From: Scyliorhinus canicula
Lineage: Eukaryota
NCBI RefSeq assembly: GCF_902713615.1
Contig: NC_052150.1
Location: forward strand, 156,045,155 to 156,109,154
DNA length: 64,000 nucleotides
Direction of reading: 5' to 3'
The notes beneath the pieces are model-generated. The model saw only the letters and a list, made by a program, of their open reading frames with translations. It was not told the origin of the DNA and ran no database searches. The translations under genes and the position numbers were made by a program. This document shows, one piece after another, positions 24,421 through 37,562 of this stretch. Each line of letters begins with the position of its first letter. The first letter of the stretch is position 1.

Positions 24421-24967
24421 GGGACTTCATCAGTAAAAGATGAGAGTGACAATAAGTGGCCCACAAAAAGTTTTAAAATTGGTTTCAATGTAATTGTTAT
24501 GGAGCTTGTTACCTTCAGGCACACCGTGATCCAATTCTCTTTTTTCAGAAGTACTCAAAAAAATCATTAAAATGTAATTTTGATGAATGCTTTTCAACCA
24601 AAAATTGATGCCCAACAATTTAGTCAGCCTTTGTGATGAAATATTTGACTCGTTATACTCAAGGTATGTTTCCCAGGTTACATTCAGTTTTACATAACTT
24701 TCCTCATAGAATAACACAGAACTTGACAACACACGGGGCCCACCTTTATGTCGGTACAAAGGCAAAATATAGCGGAAATCTGAAATGAAAACAGAAAATG
24801 CTGGAAATACTCTGCAGGTTTATGTCGGTGTTTAAACTCCCCGCACTTTCTAATTCATGCATTATACCCTTTTCAACACTTGCTATAACAAATCTGCGAG
24901 AGGTGTGTCCGCACAGTAGCACAGCGCTGAAAGGTTAACACGAAAATGCTGACAGCGAACATCATAC

Positions 24968-25100
24968 CTGACACCTGAGAACAGAGGAGGGACACATAGG
25001 CGAGCGCCGCAACTATTATCACAACCGCTATTACATGTTTGAAAACTTTCTGACTGGTTACATTCTGCGACTTGGTTATAAATTTGAGCCACTCCCACAT
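24968..25100 (-). CDS. Putative first coding exon of an unidentified membrane/secreted protein gene
   Basis: aaaATG; MWEWLKFITKSQNVTSQKVFKHVIAVVIIVAALAYVSLLCSQVS has one hydrophobic stretch; donor CAG|gtatga, phase 1; non-repetitive GC-richer context. Confidence 0.55.
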
Positions 25101-25211
25101 TTTTCCAAGTAGGCAAGTCGCTTCATCCCGCCTGGCCCCGGCCTCGCTCCATTTCCAGCAGCTGCTGCTCCTCTTTAAAAAATAACATTCCTCAGAACGC
25201 TGGGTGGTTCG

Positions 25212-25224
25212 GTGTCCTAGCAAC
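25212..25224. promoter_or_regulatory. RFX X-box-like site GTGTCCTAGCAAC
   Basis: Good match to the RFX motif (CCTAGCAAC half-site) about 110 nt upstream of the 25100 ATG. Confidence 0.45.
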
Positions 25225-25515
25225 GCCTTCTGAGAATTCGGACGGCATTATCACTGCCAGCCACACTTTGTTCTCCCGCCAGGGCGAGACAGCATTGGGA
25301 GTGCAGGAGTAAGGCCATCATGGACCATCGTTTTCTGACTGACATCTCTTGTGGATTTGCTTTGTTCTGCAGTTTCATTCCAGTTATATCATAATATAAA
25401 GTGGATCAAATGACGTCTCTTCAAAATAAATACCCAAAAATCAACGTTATCCGCTATGCCCGCAAAATATTTTGCTCCAATCGGTTATTTTTTTATTTTC
25501 ACAGAAGTCTACACG

Positions 25516-25828
25516 GGCAGCACCAGTGGATAGCACTGTGGCTTCACAGCGCCAGGGTCCCATTCAGGGTTCGATTCCCTGCTGGGTCACTGTCTGTGCA
25601 GAGTCTGCACGTTCTCCCCGTGTCTACGTGGGTTTCCTCTGGTTCTCAGGTTTCCTCCCACAGTCCAAAGATGTGCAGGTTAGGTGGATTGGCCATGTTA
25701 AATTGCCCTTAGTGTCCAAAAAGGGTAGGAGGGGTTATCGGGTTATAGGGATAGGATGGAAGTGAGGGCTTAAGTGGGTCTGTGCAGACTTGATGGTCCG
25801 AATGGCCTCCGTCTGTACTTTATGTTCT
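25516..25828 (+). mobile_element. HE1-type SINE
   Basis: Head, core and CR1-like tail as in other copies. Confidence 0.9.
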
Positions 25829-27704
25829 AAATGCTAATGAGGTTCTATGGTCACTTTGTAAGGAACAATAGACTGGATGTTGTTATGCTTCCTATGGTTG
25901 TGGGGTGGAGTAATGAAACACAATAGCACAATCAATGTAATTTCATCCCAATTGCATTCATAAATGTCTCTGTTGCATAAACAGGTACTACAGTAATTCA
26001 AAATGCAGAAACCCAGGTGAAAAAATAAGAAATTATATATACATTACTGATGAATAAAATTAAATATCTTCATGTTTAGATATGCTACGCCCTGTACTTT
26101 CTTAAGCACTGTAACACTAAGCAAATCCAGCTTTGAACCATTCACAGAATAATTTGCCTTAATTCCTGTTAAACCTCAATGAATTTGGGGCTGTAACCCT
26201 CTATGATTAATACTAAATTCAGCTGTACTGTATCTTACATTTTATTAGCTATGCTGTCTGTATTTGTTTTATGGTTTAATTTTGTACGATTGTGTTACAT
26301 ACCCTCTATAATGAGCAAAGATACTGATCCACTAACTAAATTGTCATTTCTTAAATCCCTTTTCAGTAGTTATTTATAAAATGTCAATTCTGTAATTGCA
26401 TAGCTTCAATAAAAATGTTTTCCTAATCTTATATTCGCTTCCATCTCTACCTCTTCAAACCTACTTTTCAAGGAAATAAGTGCTTATACAAACAAGGTAA
26501 CTCACAAATGGGAATAACAAAGATCCATCATGAGTTATCAGATGGACAAAGCGGTGGAACACAGCCTATTCAGCAGGTTGCAGCGAAAATCAATTTCCAC
26601 TTCGCACAAATATACAGAACCATACAAACTTTTGAATTTGTTGTAAAGCAGCCTTTACAGCACCGTGTAGTCAAGTCACCATTCCTCGACAAAGGAAAAT
26701 TACACTTGTAAATTTCAGACTGCAAGGGACAAAATTAATCTCTGAATCGGAGCTGTTGAATTTAAGATAATGAGAAAGCAGATATACTATTGAGCAGTAA
26801 TGAATCATAAAAAATCCAATAATTCATACAGCATTGTAAGATGAACAGGCAAGTGTGAGAGGGACATCCAGAGGTATAAAGAATTGAAGCAAAGCAACTT
26901 ACAAAAAAAGGAGTTAATTCCTTGTATGAAGGCAATTGTGTAACTTGAGTGATGAAATTATGATAGCATTATGCAAATCTCCTCCACAAGTGAAACACAT
27001 TTTAATAAGATGTTTTTGCAAGGTTGGTTTGTAGGATATCAATGCAGAATCTATTGCATAAAATTAGATGTACAATTGGTTAACTGGACAAAAAATTATC
27101 GCTAAAGTTTATTTTATCCCAAATTACAAATTTGCAAATGCAGATTTGGAAAAGGCTCACATAAAATATCTGCATTGCATACAAGGAATTCAACTATACA
27201 CAATAATATGTCAACATACTTATGTATTGCACAATTTACTCTGCTTTAGAATACTTCATAGGACCAATTCAGAGAGATAGCGTTAAAGTAAATATAAATT
27301 ATATGTTTTAGAGAGCATTCAATCCCTAGGTGTGTTAGAAAAAAATAATACCAATAGGTTCATAAAGATAGAGTAAATCTAGACCAATGAATTAACTGCC
27401 AATAAATGTACAGACTGCATTACTACCTTGTAACTGAGATATTTTATGCAAAACAAATCGGTACTCATTAAATACTGTATTTAAGATTTGATTCTTAATG
27501 GCTGCTGGTAGCATGTGCAGCCACGTGATTAGAAATGCAACAGATTTTTATGCAAGTATAACTCGTGTATTGTAGAAATTTGAGGTATAAACATTTCTAA
27601 TATAGCTGCAACACTTTACTGAAAATGTTAAAATATATTTTACTATTTCAAACTTAAAAGAAACATTGGGCCCATCCTCAATATAAATGGAAAATTAGAG
27701 TTCA

Positions 27705-28160
27705 AAAACCCCAGAGTAATTCCTGAGATGGCAAGGTTGTCATACGAGGAGAGATTGGGTCGACTCGGCCTGTTTTCACTGGTTTAAAAGAATGAGAGGG
27801 GATGTCATTTAAACATATAACATTCTGACAGATACACTGGATGTAGGCATGTGCTTTCCTCTGGCTTGGGGGTTTATAACAAGGGGGTCACAGGATGCAG
27901 GTTAGTCCACTTTCAGGCTGACATGAGAAGAAACCGCTTCACAGAAGGTGGTGAACCTGTGGAATCCTTTACCACAAAAGGCTGTGGAGATCCAGTCACT
28001 GAATACATTTAAGAAGGAAATAGGTACATCTTTAGATTCCACAGGTGTCAAGGGATATGGGGAGAGCGCAAATGGCGTCGAGATAGATCAGCCATGATCA
28101 TACAGAATGGAGGAACAGACTAGAAGGGTCAAATTACCTACTCCTGCTCTGAGTTTCTAT
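27705..28160 (+). mobile_element. CR1 3' fragment downstream of the IFT57 stop
   Basis: SYEERL..LGLFSL...RGD motif and CR1-type 3' UTR. Confidence 0.8.
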
Positions 28161-28487
28161 GTGCCTTAACCCCTTTGATTATGAAGCACAAGATTCTCAT
28201 GATAAGTATTGTGGCATAATGCTCATACTATGTTTGAATGAAAGAAGCACTGGCACTACTTTAAATCAGTTTATCATCCATTTTTGCCATAAATGTGTGC
28301 CAACGTTTATTGTAATAACTCACAGAATGATCCAACTATTGATTTGCTGCTGTTGAAAAGTGTTCTAATAATCCAAATTTTTATTAAATGCTAATTTTTG
28401 ATTCCTCATTTAGATCACAAAAATTCAGTAATCTTTCAATAGGGAACTATTTGGTCAAGAATATATAATTTAAATACAATCATAGTG

Positions 28488-28666
28488 TCAATAACCACCT
28501 ATTGTGGTTTCGGGAATATTGGTAGCATGCATGTCTCTTGTCATGTTTGACTTCTCTTTGAGTTTGGCCTGTAGCAAGGTATGCTCCACAACTCCAATTC
28601 GAATATCCATTTGAGTTATCTCTTGCTTCAGTTTAGTCAATGCTTGTTTGATTTTCACTAATGGAG
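28488..28666 (-). CDS. IFT57: IFT57 exon 11 (terminal coding exon)
   Basis: APLVKIKQALTKLKQEITQMDIRIGVVEHTLLQAKLKEKSNMTRDMHATNIPETTIGGY-stop; minus-strand AATAAA near 28380 and 28306. Confidence 0.97.
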
Positions 28667-28814
28667 CTGAAAATAATAGTGACAATTAATATACTGAGTC
28701 AATCCATTTGACTTATAACTTCATGCAAGTATATAGTATAATATACATTACAATAAATTTCTTGTGCGCATTCAAATAAATGTCAACAGACTAAATGTTA
28801 TATAGCAGATGGCA

Positions 28815-29010
28815 TAAAAGCAAATTACTGCTGATGCTGGAATCTGAAACGAGAACAGAAAATGTTGGACAATCTCAGCAGGTCGAACAGCATCTGTGAA
28901 AGAAAAGCGAGCTAATGTTTTGAGTCTGGATGGTCTTGACAAAGGTCATCCAGACTCGAAACGTTACCTCCCTTTTTTCTCCACAGATACTGTCAGGCCT
29001 GCCGAAATAA
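28815..29010. repeat. Penelope-like fold-back repeat with a degenerate hammerhead-like core
   Basis: Inverted arms (cagcatctgtg...gtttTgagtctggatg / catccagactcgaaacgtt...cacagatactg); GAAACGTTA motif near 28958-28966. Confidence 0.6.
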
Positions 29011-29499
29011 GATAAGTTTGTCTATATGCGCTAGGAAGAATCCCCACATAAGGGGAAAATACACTAAAGAGCATTTGAAGATGATAATGGGATTGCAGAA
29101 AGGCAAATTGGTCAGAGTTGAACACTGAAGATCATTATCCTGTCTCAGGTTTTCTTGATTCATATGTCTGAGGAGAAATTAAGAGAAATTTCTCCAATAT
29201 TGAGTGCAGGAGCTATATCAGCTCTCTGTAAGAGCTATCCATTTAATTCCATTGAACAGCCATATCTATACCTTTGTTTTTTTTTCTTTCTCAAGTAACT
29301 ATTTTCTACACTTTTTGAAGATAATTACATTGGCTTTTACCTTTGTTTTTGTTAAATATTCCATGACATAACAGCCCCTTGAAAGGAACAAATTCTCCCT
29401 ACCTCTCCTCTCCTTTTGGTGATCACCTTAATTACATGTCCGTGAATTACTACAACTTTGATTTCATTTTAAAAGATTATCCTGCTGCCATTTACTCAC

Positions 29500-29566
29500 C
29501 TCCATCAGTCATGCTGCTTCCCTTTTCTTCCATATCTTGTTTCACCTTTTCCAACTCTTCACTTAT
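29500..29566 (-). CDS. IFT57: IFT57 exon 10
   Basis: ISEELEKVKQDMEEKGSSMTDG; |gtgagt donor; 67 nt. Confidence 0.97.
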
Positions 29567-30180
29567 CTTAAAGATTACACACAAAATATTTAAACGGTAC
29601 CTATGGAATGACCTTTAATAACCAAAATCTCTATTAATTTTCAAAATTATCAAAAGTAGTAAAAAATCCTGGTTAGTCTGGAATTAAAATCCTCAATTTT
29701 CTATACTTTTACCACCTTTATCTCCTTAAGGTAGCCATTCATGCATTCTTCATGTTATCATCATAACACCCATTCCTCACACATGAGCAACAAAGTGAAA
29801 AGCTATCAGCTAGTCCTTCATAAGAGACAACATAGCCAAACACAATCCGGTTGTCACTGTATTATCCCACATGTAGCCATTTTCCAACAGGTGATATGAC
29901 AGCCGGGATTTTCCAGCCCTGCCATACAGGACCCGCTGCGGGGTTCCAGTGGGCCAGTCAAAGGTTAGCTCCCGGGATGATCCTGGCACTTGGTGGGGAT
30001 GGAAAATACCAGCCTAGGTCATGATCAGGAGTTCAAAGTCCTATCTGATTTATTTTTTGCAATATAAGGACAGTGAGACAAACTTGTGATGTGCACACCA
30101 TTGGTCCTGTTGAGATAAGCAAGTTTAGGACAGATCAGGAACTAAAATTAGCACCTGGCTGTAATGCACAAAAACACATA

Positions 30181-31842
30181 GGCAAACTTTTTCCAGAAAA
30201 TAGCAAGTGTCAGATTCTCACTGAAAATTGGTGCATTTCTCCCCAGAAACACAGGCAACTTTTCACTCCAGATCTTCTGACACTGTCAAAAAAAAGCATT
30301 CTGCAGGGGTGGGGACTGAGTCAGCAAGCCCGGCTCCAGAGAGATCGGGGTACCTAAAGTTAATGTTCCCCCCCTCTCCAAACATTGACAGACAAGGGGA
30401 AACAACCCTTGCCCTCAAACACAGAAAGCCAACGTCCACCCCACATTCAATGGTTGGGTCAACCCCTTCTCCCAAACACCATGCAGGCATCAGGTGACCA
30501 GGCCCCCCTCCCCCATCCTTGCCAGGATGGGGGCACACCCCTCCCCTCCATGCTTAGTGCCCATGCCCCAACCACCATTCAGACACAACATCCCCCGCCC
30601 CAATATCACCTCTCCACATAATAGAAACAATCCCTGTGGGGTTCCCTGAAAGCCCCACCCCCTGGCAGTGCTGAGCTGGCACTGCCAGGGGGTTGTGCCA
30701 AGGCACTGCGCAGCCATGTACCTTCATGTCCCCAGCATGGTCATCACAACTGTTTTCAGTTTTCGAAAATCAGTAGTGATTCCCGCCGACGTACGTCACG
30801 CCAGCAGGGAGTGAACTGTGGGGGAGGTCTAATGATCCAAGAATGAATGGTGTTAAGCCATTGAATGATATTTAAATACATGGTATTCGGTTTTACACCA
30901 TTTTACATCACAATCGGAGAAGATTTCAAGCTAAGGTATCACCACTGTAAATCCCATTATGTCGCTCTCGTAATTTAGTGGTCACGACGAATGTGCAGTG
31001 AAAACCACAGTCACAGTGGACATGAGTTTCTGGGCCTATTCAATGTGCATGCAAATCCCGTTAAGGCCACCAAATATTGCTGGAGAGCCATAATGGGAAT
31101 TGCACCGGTGAGTTCTTGCTTTGAGATATTCCTCGCCACTCCCCGCCCCAACTGGTAATGTGATCAGGCTCATGCCCTGTTTGTGCATGAACCTGATTTA
31201 CATTAATTTAAAGAAATTTAAATGTCAATAATCAGCTTTATGCTGTACGTTCCAGCTCCACGTGATATTCTCTCGAGACTGCATGATTCGCTGGTTTTTG
31301 AAATCGAAAACCAGTCATGATGACCAAACCAGGGGCATGGAGATACCTGGAAGACCCGGGTTTGAGTGCAAAAGTTGGGTAGTGCCAGGGTGCACTTTGA
31401 GGGGGCAAACCCTTCTCCATTGGGTGAGGGGGCTTCCGTTTATGTGTGGTGGGGGTTGGGAGAGGGATGTGCACTGTAGAACATATGTTAGCGGATACGG
31501 AGTGCCCCCGATAACTGTGGTGGGGGGGGGGGGGGTTTGCCCTGAAGCTTGTGGGGGATGGGGCCCTCTATGACCATGTGGGATTTGGAGGGAGTTCATT
31601 GTTTTCGCTGATCGGGGTCCCCTTTAAAGATGGTGCCATGGCGCACCGATCTCTGTGTAGCTGGGCTTGCCGACTCTATGAGGCCTCCCATGCCAGAATG
31701 ACAGCGTTAAACACTGCCACCGATTTTTTTTCTGACAAAATTTCAAAAGATCTGGACAGAAAACCTGGCTGTGTTTCTGGAGAGAAAGACACCGGCTTTC
31801 AGTCAGAACCTGACACTGCCATCTTTTTTGAAAATTCCGTCC
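30181..31842. mobile_element. Degenerate non-autonomous Harbinger-type element
   Basis: Imperfect TIRs, internal inverted symmetry, flanks AAACAC...GTGTTT. Confidence 0.55.
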
Positions 31843-31988
31843 AGTGTGTTTTTTTAATTGAGGGAAGGGGACCTAAATAAGGTATTTTTAAATCAATGAA
31901 ACAATTAGGAATCGGTTTCTTAGAGGAGAATAATGTTTAGATCAAAATATAAGCTTGAAAATAATTTTTCAATTAACAGTAATTCTAC

Positions 31989-32051
31989 CTCAGACAGAAG
32001 TCTAGTCCGTTCTGTTACACCCCCGCTTCCTTGCTGGTATCGATCTTTGGC
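31989..32051 (-). CDS. IFT57: IFT57 exon 9
   Basis: AKDRYQQGSGGVTERTRLLSE; preceded by an 83-nt intron; 63 nt. Confidence 0.97.
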
Positions 32052-32134
32052 CTTCAACAAAAATAAACTGATTTACAAAATTATGTAGAATTAAGGTCAA
32101 GAACTGACACATTAAAAAGAACATTGCAGATTAC

Positions 32135-32266
32135 CTCATTCAATTGGCCTTGAGCAACACGGAAATCCTGAATCAAATTCTCTAACTGGTTGTTGACATA
32201 TTTCTCTCTACTGCTGACCTTTTCTAGTGTTCGACTAATCTCATCTTGAAGCTTGTCCAAATAACT
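32135..32266 (-). CDS. IFT57: IFT57 exon 8
   Basis: SYLDKLQDEISRTLEKVSSREKYVNNQLENLIQDFRVAQGQLNE; acag| and |gtaatc; 132 nt. Confidence 0.97.
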
Positions 32267-33975
32267 CTGTCAAAAAAAAAGAATTCGGTGAACATGACTC
32301 AGCTAGAGATTAAAAAAACCTTAAAAACGAATCAAGTGTAATACTAGTAAGCAAAAAATAATTTGAAAGAATCCACGCCTTGACTAAATTACTCGCTAGT
32401 AGGTGGCTGCAACACAAGTGCTTTTGTGTAAAACAGCTATCGACAAGTATTCTATTTATTCATTCAGTTACCTTATTTGTTTTACTCTAATTTGGGGAAA
32501 CAGTTTTACTTCATTTTCTGTCAAGTTTGAGAAACAATTATTTTCAAGAACTTGAATAGCTTTAATAAGCGAACACTATTTGCAAGTCTATAGATCTGAT
32601 AACCTGAGACCACAAAGAAGGGAGCCGAGTGTGTTTGAAAGTAACTTCATGTAAATAAATTATGAAGTTTAACAATAATAGTAACTCAGCCAAACAGTTG
32701 TAACAGTAATAACTATGAAAATAGAAGCTCTAGTAAAACAGGTCTTGCATGTAGGTCACCCTCTTACAGACTAAAAGAAGTCCACCCAAAGCCCGCACAT
32801 GCTCAGAACCTCAACAGACACCAGTAAAACAATTACATAGGAGAAAGGCTTACAAGAGCACGCTATGCTCAGAATAATACTGTAACAGTATAAAAATGCA
32901 CAGAAGTACAACTCAGTCCTTTTAGGAGGTCAGTCTTGTTAGGAGACGAGGAAAAATGAATAAGATGTTAAAAATTCAGCAAACGTTCACAAAAACGAGT
33001 CACAAAGGCAACCGATTAAATACATTTCTATTTGTTTGTTGTGCCTAAGTGGTCGATTACATTTGCTAGCATAAAAATAGTGACCTGGCTGTAAAGCGCT
33101 TTGGAACATTCTGAGAATGTGGTGCTGATAAAGACAAGTTGTTTATTTTTACTTCCAAAATCACTACTAAGTTTAACAAGTCCAAAATACATTGCTGCCA
33201 GTCTAGCCTGCTTCAAGAAAGTGAGGAATTCACCGGAAAGTAAGCATTTAAAATGCATTATTTATAGAAAACTGGATAACTAGCAGCAAGTTAAAAGGAT
33301 ATAAATTTAGCTGAGTGGTTCAAATGATCGAATGACTCAAAAATGAAGCTCATAAAATGAACTACAGTATCAGAAGTTGCAATGTCCCCACGCATATTCA
33401 TTTGCCGCATACCCTGCCATGTCACAGCTAAAATGACTGAGCTGCCACTAAAGACGGTCCGACCGCTTGTAACCAAATAATCTTTAATCAGGCCGAATGA
33501 TAAAGGGGGTGTTTCTTAGAGAACAACTCATCCTCATTCAGTTCAATATAAGGAGGTAACATTCTCCATGGAGACAGCTTGTCACATTGTCAGACTGGTC
33601 TGCTGATGAGTTGGGCAAGATGTCTCCTGTATATTACTGAAAAATTGCAGTTGTGACATTGCAAGGAGGACCTATGTTGCAATCCGGAACCTTATTTTAG
33701 GAGACTATACATTCGCCAGGATAGGTAGCCATTTATTGTACAGTTATAGTTCCTATTATTATTCCCTTTGTCTGCTTTAATTGTACATCAACTAATTTAG
33801 CATGGGAAGAATTTAACACAGGGACACAATATTCTCCAACTGTGTAACAGTTAGTTAGCACTGAGCTATACAATGTTTTAGATTCTTAACTTGAGCCTTG
33901 AAGTTTATTCAACAAAGCCATTTGTGATTTATGGATTCGGAACTTAGACATATTTGAGTTGGAATAAAGCCGTAC

Positions 33976-34047
33976 CTTCGTCTCTTTAAGAGACGTTTCA
34001 ATTCCCTCTTTATGCTGGTGCATTTGATCAACATGAATTCTCCAATC
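33976..34047 (-). CDS. IFT57: IFT57 exon 7
   Basis: DWRIHVDQMHQHKEGIETSLKETK; acag| and |gtacgg; 72 nt. Confidence 0.97.
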
Positions 34048-34270
34048 CTGTTAAAGCAAAGTAATTTATACAATTACATATAAAATTAAACTTGTATAAC
34101 ACACTATTTGATCTATTTAGAGAACAATAATGGATTGTTCCTAGCAGGAACCTAAAAGGATATAAAAATTAGTTTAAAAGATTCTGACAGAAACAGTGAT
34201 TCTCAAGTTACGAACAGCAAGAGGCCCCAGATTTAATTATTACCTTAAATTCATTTTCAGCATATTTCAT

Positions 34271-34432
34271 GGGCTGGATTTTCCGCCGGCGGGATGCTCA
34301 ATTTTGCCGTCAGCAAAAGCCGGCATGGGGCTGCCCCACAATGGGAAACCCCATTGACCAGCCTGAGTAACGGAGCATCCCGCCGGCGGAGTGAAACAGA
34401 AATGTGGCGGGGTGGGATGGACAATCCAGCTT
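34271..34432. mobile_element. Harbinger-type MITE
   Basis: Reverse-oriented relative of 23480-23650; TSD CAT/CGT. Confidence 0.85.
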
Positions 34433-34627
34433 CGTACTTTTACATATTGCATGAATTAATTTTAATTTTTTCCTTACATTGGCAAAGAACCTAACGTGTG
34501 ATTCATCAAATCATAAAATTTATTGATCACTCAAAAGTCTAACATCCAGATATATTATTGTTGTATAAACAATCCCAATTTTAGTTTATTTTTATCAAAG
34601 TAAAACATTAGCTTTTAAATAACATAC

Positions 34628-34750
34628 CTTGTTGTCAGTTCGGATAGTAACTTTAAGCTGTGGGAGAACGCGTTCTACTTCTAGATTCCACTCAGCAGCA
34701 TCTGTTGTTGATTCTAAAATCTCTTCTGGTTTTGTGGACTCCACCCCCTC
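34628..34750 (-). CDS. IFT57: IFT57 exon 6
   Basis: EGVESTKPEEILESTTDAAEWNLEVERVLPQLKVTIRTDNK; tttttag| and |gtatgt; 123 nt. Confidence 0.97.
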
Positions 34751-35259
34751 CTAAAAATTAAATATGTATTTTGATAAATGCAACAATAGAATTATTTTTC
34801 TCTACCTGGACTCTAAAGCATTAATGTGATATTCTGTGAAGATCTGAGAAAACAGTCCAAAGTGACATTCGGTTTGATCTTTGCTTCCTCTCTATGGGAT
34901 GGAAAGTGAATGGTCTCCAATGAATACTTCACCAAGTGGTAACTACTCATCGCATGGGAATGCAAACCCACACTCTAAAACATGGTGTTGGAGATTCACT
35001 GCATCGTACCACCAATTTAATATTATTTAACAATTTGTTGACCTGTTAACTACACAACCAAAACTGGCCCTATTATTAAGATTAACCCTTTGTTATGTCA
35101 GAAATCCATTGCTTAAAGTTGTTTCACTTAAAGTCACACTTTTCAGAACACAACTAAAACTTTCAGTAAGGATTTACTTAACTGGCTTGACAGTAAAATA
35201 TTTGTTTCTTCAATAGATAATGCCCCTTTACTAACTAATCTTTACTGAGGAAAACTCAC

Positions 35260-35334
35260 CATTTTCTTCCCCTGAGATTTCAAAACCTCCAGATCGAGGA
35301 AAGGCTCACCTTCTTCAAAATCCTCTGCTTCCTC
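35260..35334 (-). CDS. IFT57: IFT57 exon 5
   Basis: EEAEDFEEGEPFLDLEVLKSQGKKM; tttcag| and |gtgagt; 75 nt. Confidence 0.93.
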
Positions 35335-35429
35335 CTGAAAACCAATTTCAGGGAAAAAAATTAAATCAATAAAATGGGCTTTCAACATTCTGTCAAGTTC
35401 CTTATTTGAAGATTTTAAAAAGAATCCAA

Positions 35430-35655
35430 AAATCTCTACAGTGCAGAAGGCCATTTGGCCCATCAAATCTGCACCACCTCTTCAAAAGACCACCTAGGCC
35501 CAGTAACCCCACCAAACCTTTGGACACTTAAACATGGCCAATCCACCTAACCCATACAACTTTGGACTGTGGGAGGAAACCAGAACACCCGGAGGAAACC
35601 CAAGCAGTCACGGGGAGAATGCGCAATCTCTACACAGTCACCCAAGGTCAGAATC
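35430..35655 (-). mobile_element. HE1-type SINE (degenerate)
   Basis: Core and CR1-like tail recognisable. Confidence 0.8.
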
Positions 35656-35678
35656 GGACCGAGACACAAAAAGACCTG

Positions 35679-36337
35679 GGGCGCGATTCTCCAACCCCCA
35701 CGCCGGGTGGGAGAATCACGGGAGTGCCGGGCGAATCACGCCACGCCGCCCTGGAACCCCCACGTGATTCTCCCACCCACCCCCCCCCCCCCAAAATGGC
35801 GTGTTGCGTTTTGCAACAGGCCGCTCGGAGAATCGGCGACCGCCGATTCTCTGGCCCGGATGGGCTGAGCGGCCTGCCGAACCCGACCGGTTCACGCCGG
35901 CGCCAACCACACCTGGTCGCTGCTGGCGTGAACTTCGTGTGACCACTGCACGTGGAGCCTATGGGGGGGGCGGAGGGAGGATCGAGCACCACGGGCGTGC
36001 TCAGGAGGTGGCTGGCCCGCGATCAGTGCCCACCGATCGTCGGGCCGGTGCCTCTAAAAGACGCACTCTTTTCCCTCCGTCGCACCGCAAGATCAAGCCG
36101 CCATGTCTTGCGGGGCAGCGGAGGGGAAGACGGCAACCGCGCGCATGCGCGGGTGAAGTCACTTAGGCGCCGCAAGCGTCAAGGCCGGGCGCTTGAAATT
36201 CACGCCCCGCCGCTCCTAGCCCCCCCCCCCCCCCCATGGGAAATATGGGGTGAAGAGCGGCCTCCGACGCCGGAGTGAAACACTCCGGGTTTCACTCTGG
36301 CATCGGCTGGTTGTCTCCCTATGAGAGAATTTTGCCC
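35679..36337. mobile_element. CpG-rich Harbinger-type MITE (about 660 bp)
   Basis: TIR GGGCGCGATTCTCC; TSD CTG; homologous to 46611-47301. Confidence 0.88.
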
Positions 36338-36615
36338 CTGATTTTTAAGCAAACGTTGTTCAAAACAATTAAAATTGCTGGCATTGGGCCAAACATGTTA
36401 AAGCTAGAACTATCTTAGTTTTAAACAACCAATTAACATTGCACATATTTACAGAATTAAATATGATAGGGAACAATAAATGTTTTGTACTTCTACCGTG
36501 ATATTTTCCTCAGTAAGTCTTAATGAATTTGTAAAAAATGTTCTGCAAAAAACATTTCTTAGTTATTTAAGGTCACACAGAGGATTCCAATTTTCCTTGA
36601 AGAGCAACAGATGTT

Positions 36616-36807
36616 TTTTTTAAATTTAGAGTAGCCAATTTTTTTTTGCCAATTAAGGGGCAATTTAGCGTGGCCAATCCACCTAACCTGCACATCTTTG
36701 GGTTGTGGGGGTGAAACCCACACAGACACGGGGAGAATGTGCAAACTCCACACGGACAGTGACCTAGGGCCGGGATTCGAACCCGGATCCTCAGCGTTGA
36801 AGTCCCA
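36616..36807 (-). mobile_element. Short A-tailed SINE
   Basis: Same subfamily as 21400-21618; imperfect long TSD GAAGAGCAACRGA. Confidence 0.85.
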
Positions 36808-37562
36808 GAAGAGCAACGGAGTTTTTGGTTAGAATTCCCCCAAACCCCGGCCGCTGTGTTCAATATCCGGCATGGTGGGACCTTCAGAAATCGGTTTTGC
36901 AGTGTGAATTAGGAGCGGATCGTCCGCTGCTGCCCACCATGGAGTGAACCTCATTTGCATCCTGTTAATGGATACATGTGAAAGGCTCGCCCACCCATGT
37001 CCGGTTCTCCATGGTGCCAACACGAAAAACGCCAGCGTGAAACACAGTTGGAAGAACGTGGCATGCAGATATCGGGACTGTGCCTGGGGCTTCCTCTGGA
37101 GATCAGGATGCAGGTTGCCCGCAACCCTGGACCACCAGGGTTTGAGTTGCATCTGCAGGTGGACCTTCCAGATTAGGTTTCCTGGAGGGGGTCCATCTTC
37201 CATCCTCAGAATGTCTTCTGGTCACAGAGTGATCCCAGAGATCTATCTTCATTGCACATCTTTTCAATATTGCACCCGGTCATGGTGGCAGACTACATGT
37301 CATACAGGCCCGCCCGACAACAGAATTCAGCATGAAACAGACGGGTGCATAAATGAGGTTGCGTTTGGAAGAGTTGGCCTGTTTTCCCGTCAGCCGCCAC
37401 AGCGGGAAATACTCCACATTCCTGCACCCACAATTGAAAATGGAAGAACTCCACCCCAATGTTTCAGGTTGATAGCCTTACATCAGAAAGAGGAGACAGG
37501 AGAAAGAACAGGCCAAAAAGAGTGCAGACTCCATTCACCAAGCCCAGCCCCTGAAATAGCTT

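Noticed and set aside
24968-25100. Naming this gene CD47
   Set aside because: Only synteny and a weak leader resemblance support it; no Ig or five-TM exon is visible in the window
36830-37550. Possible RTE-like LINE remnant
   Set aside because: Too degraded to assign by eye
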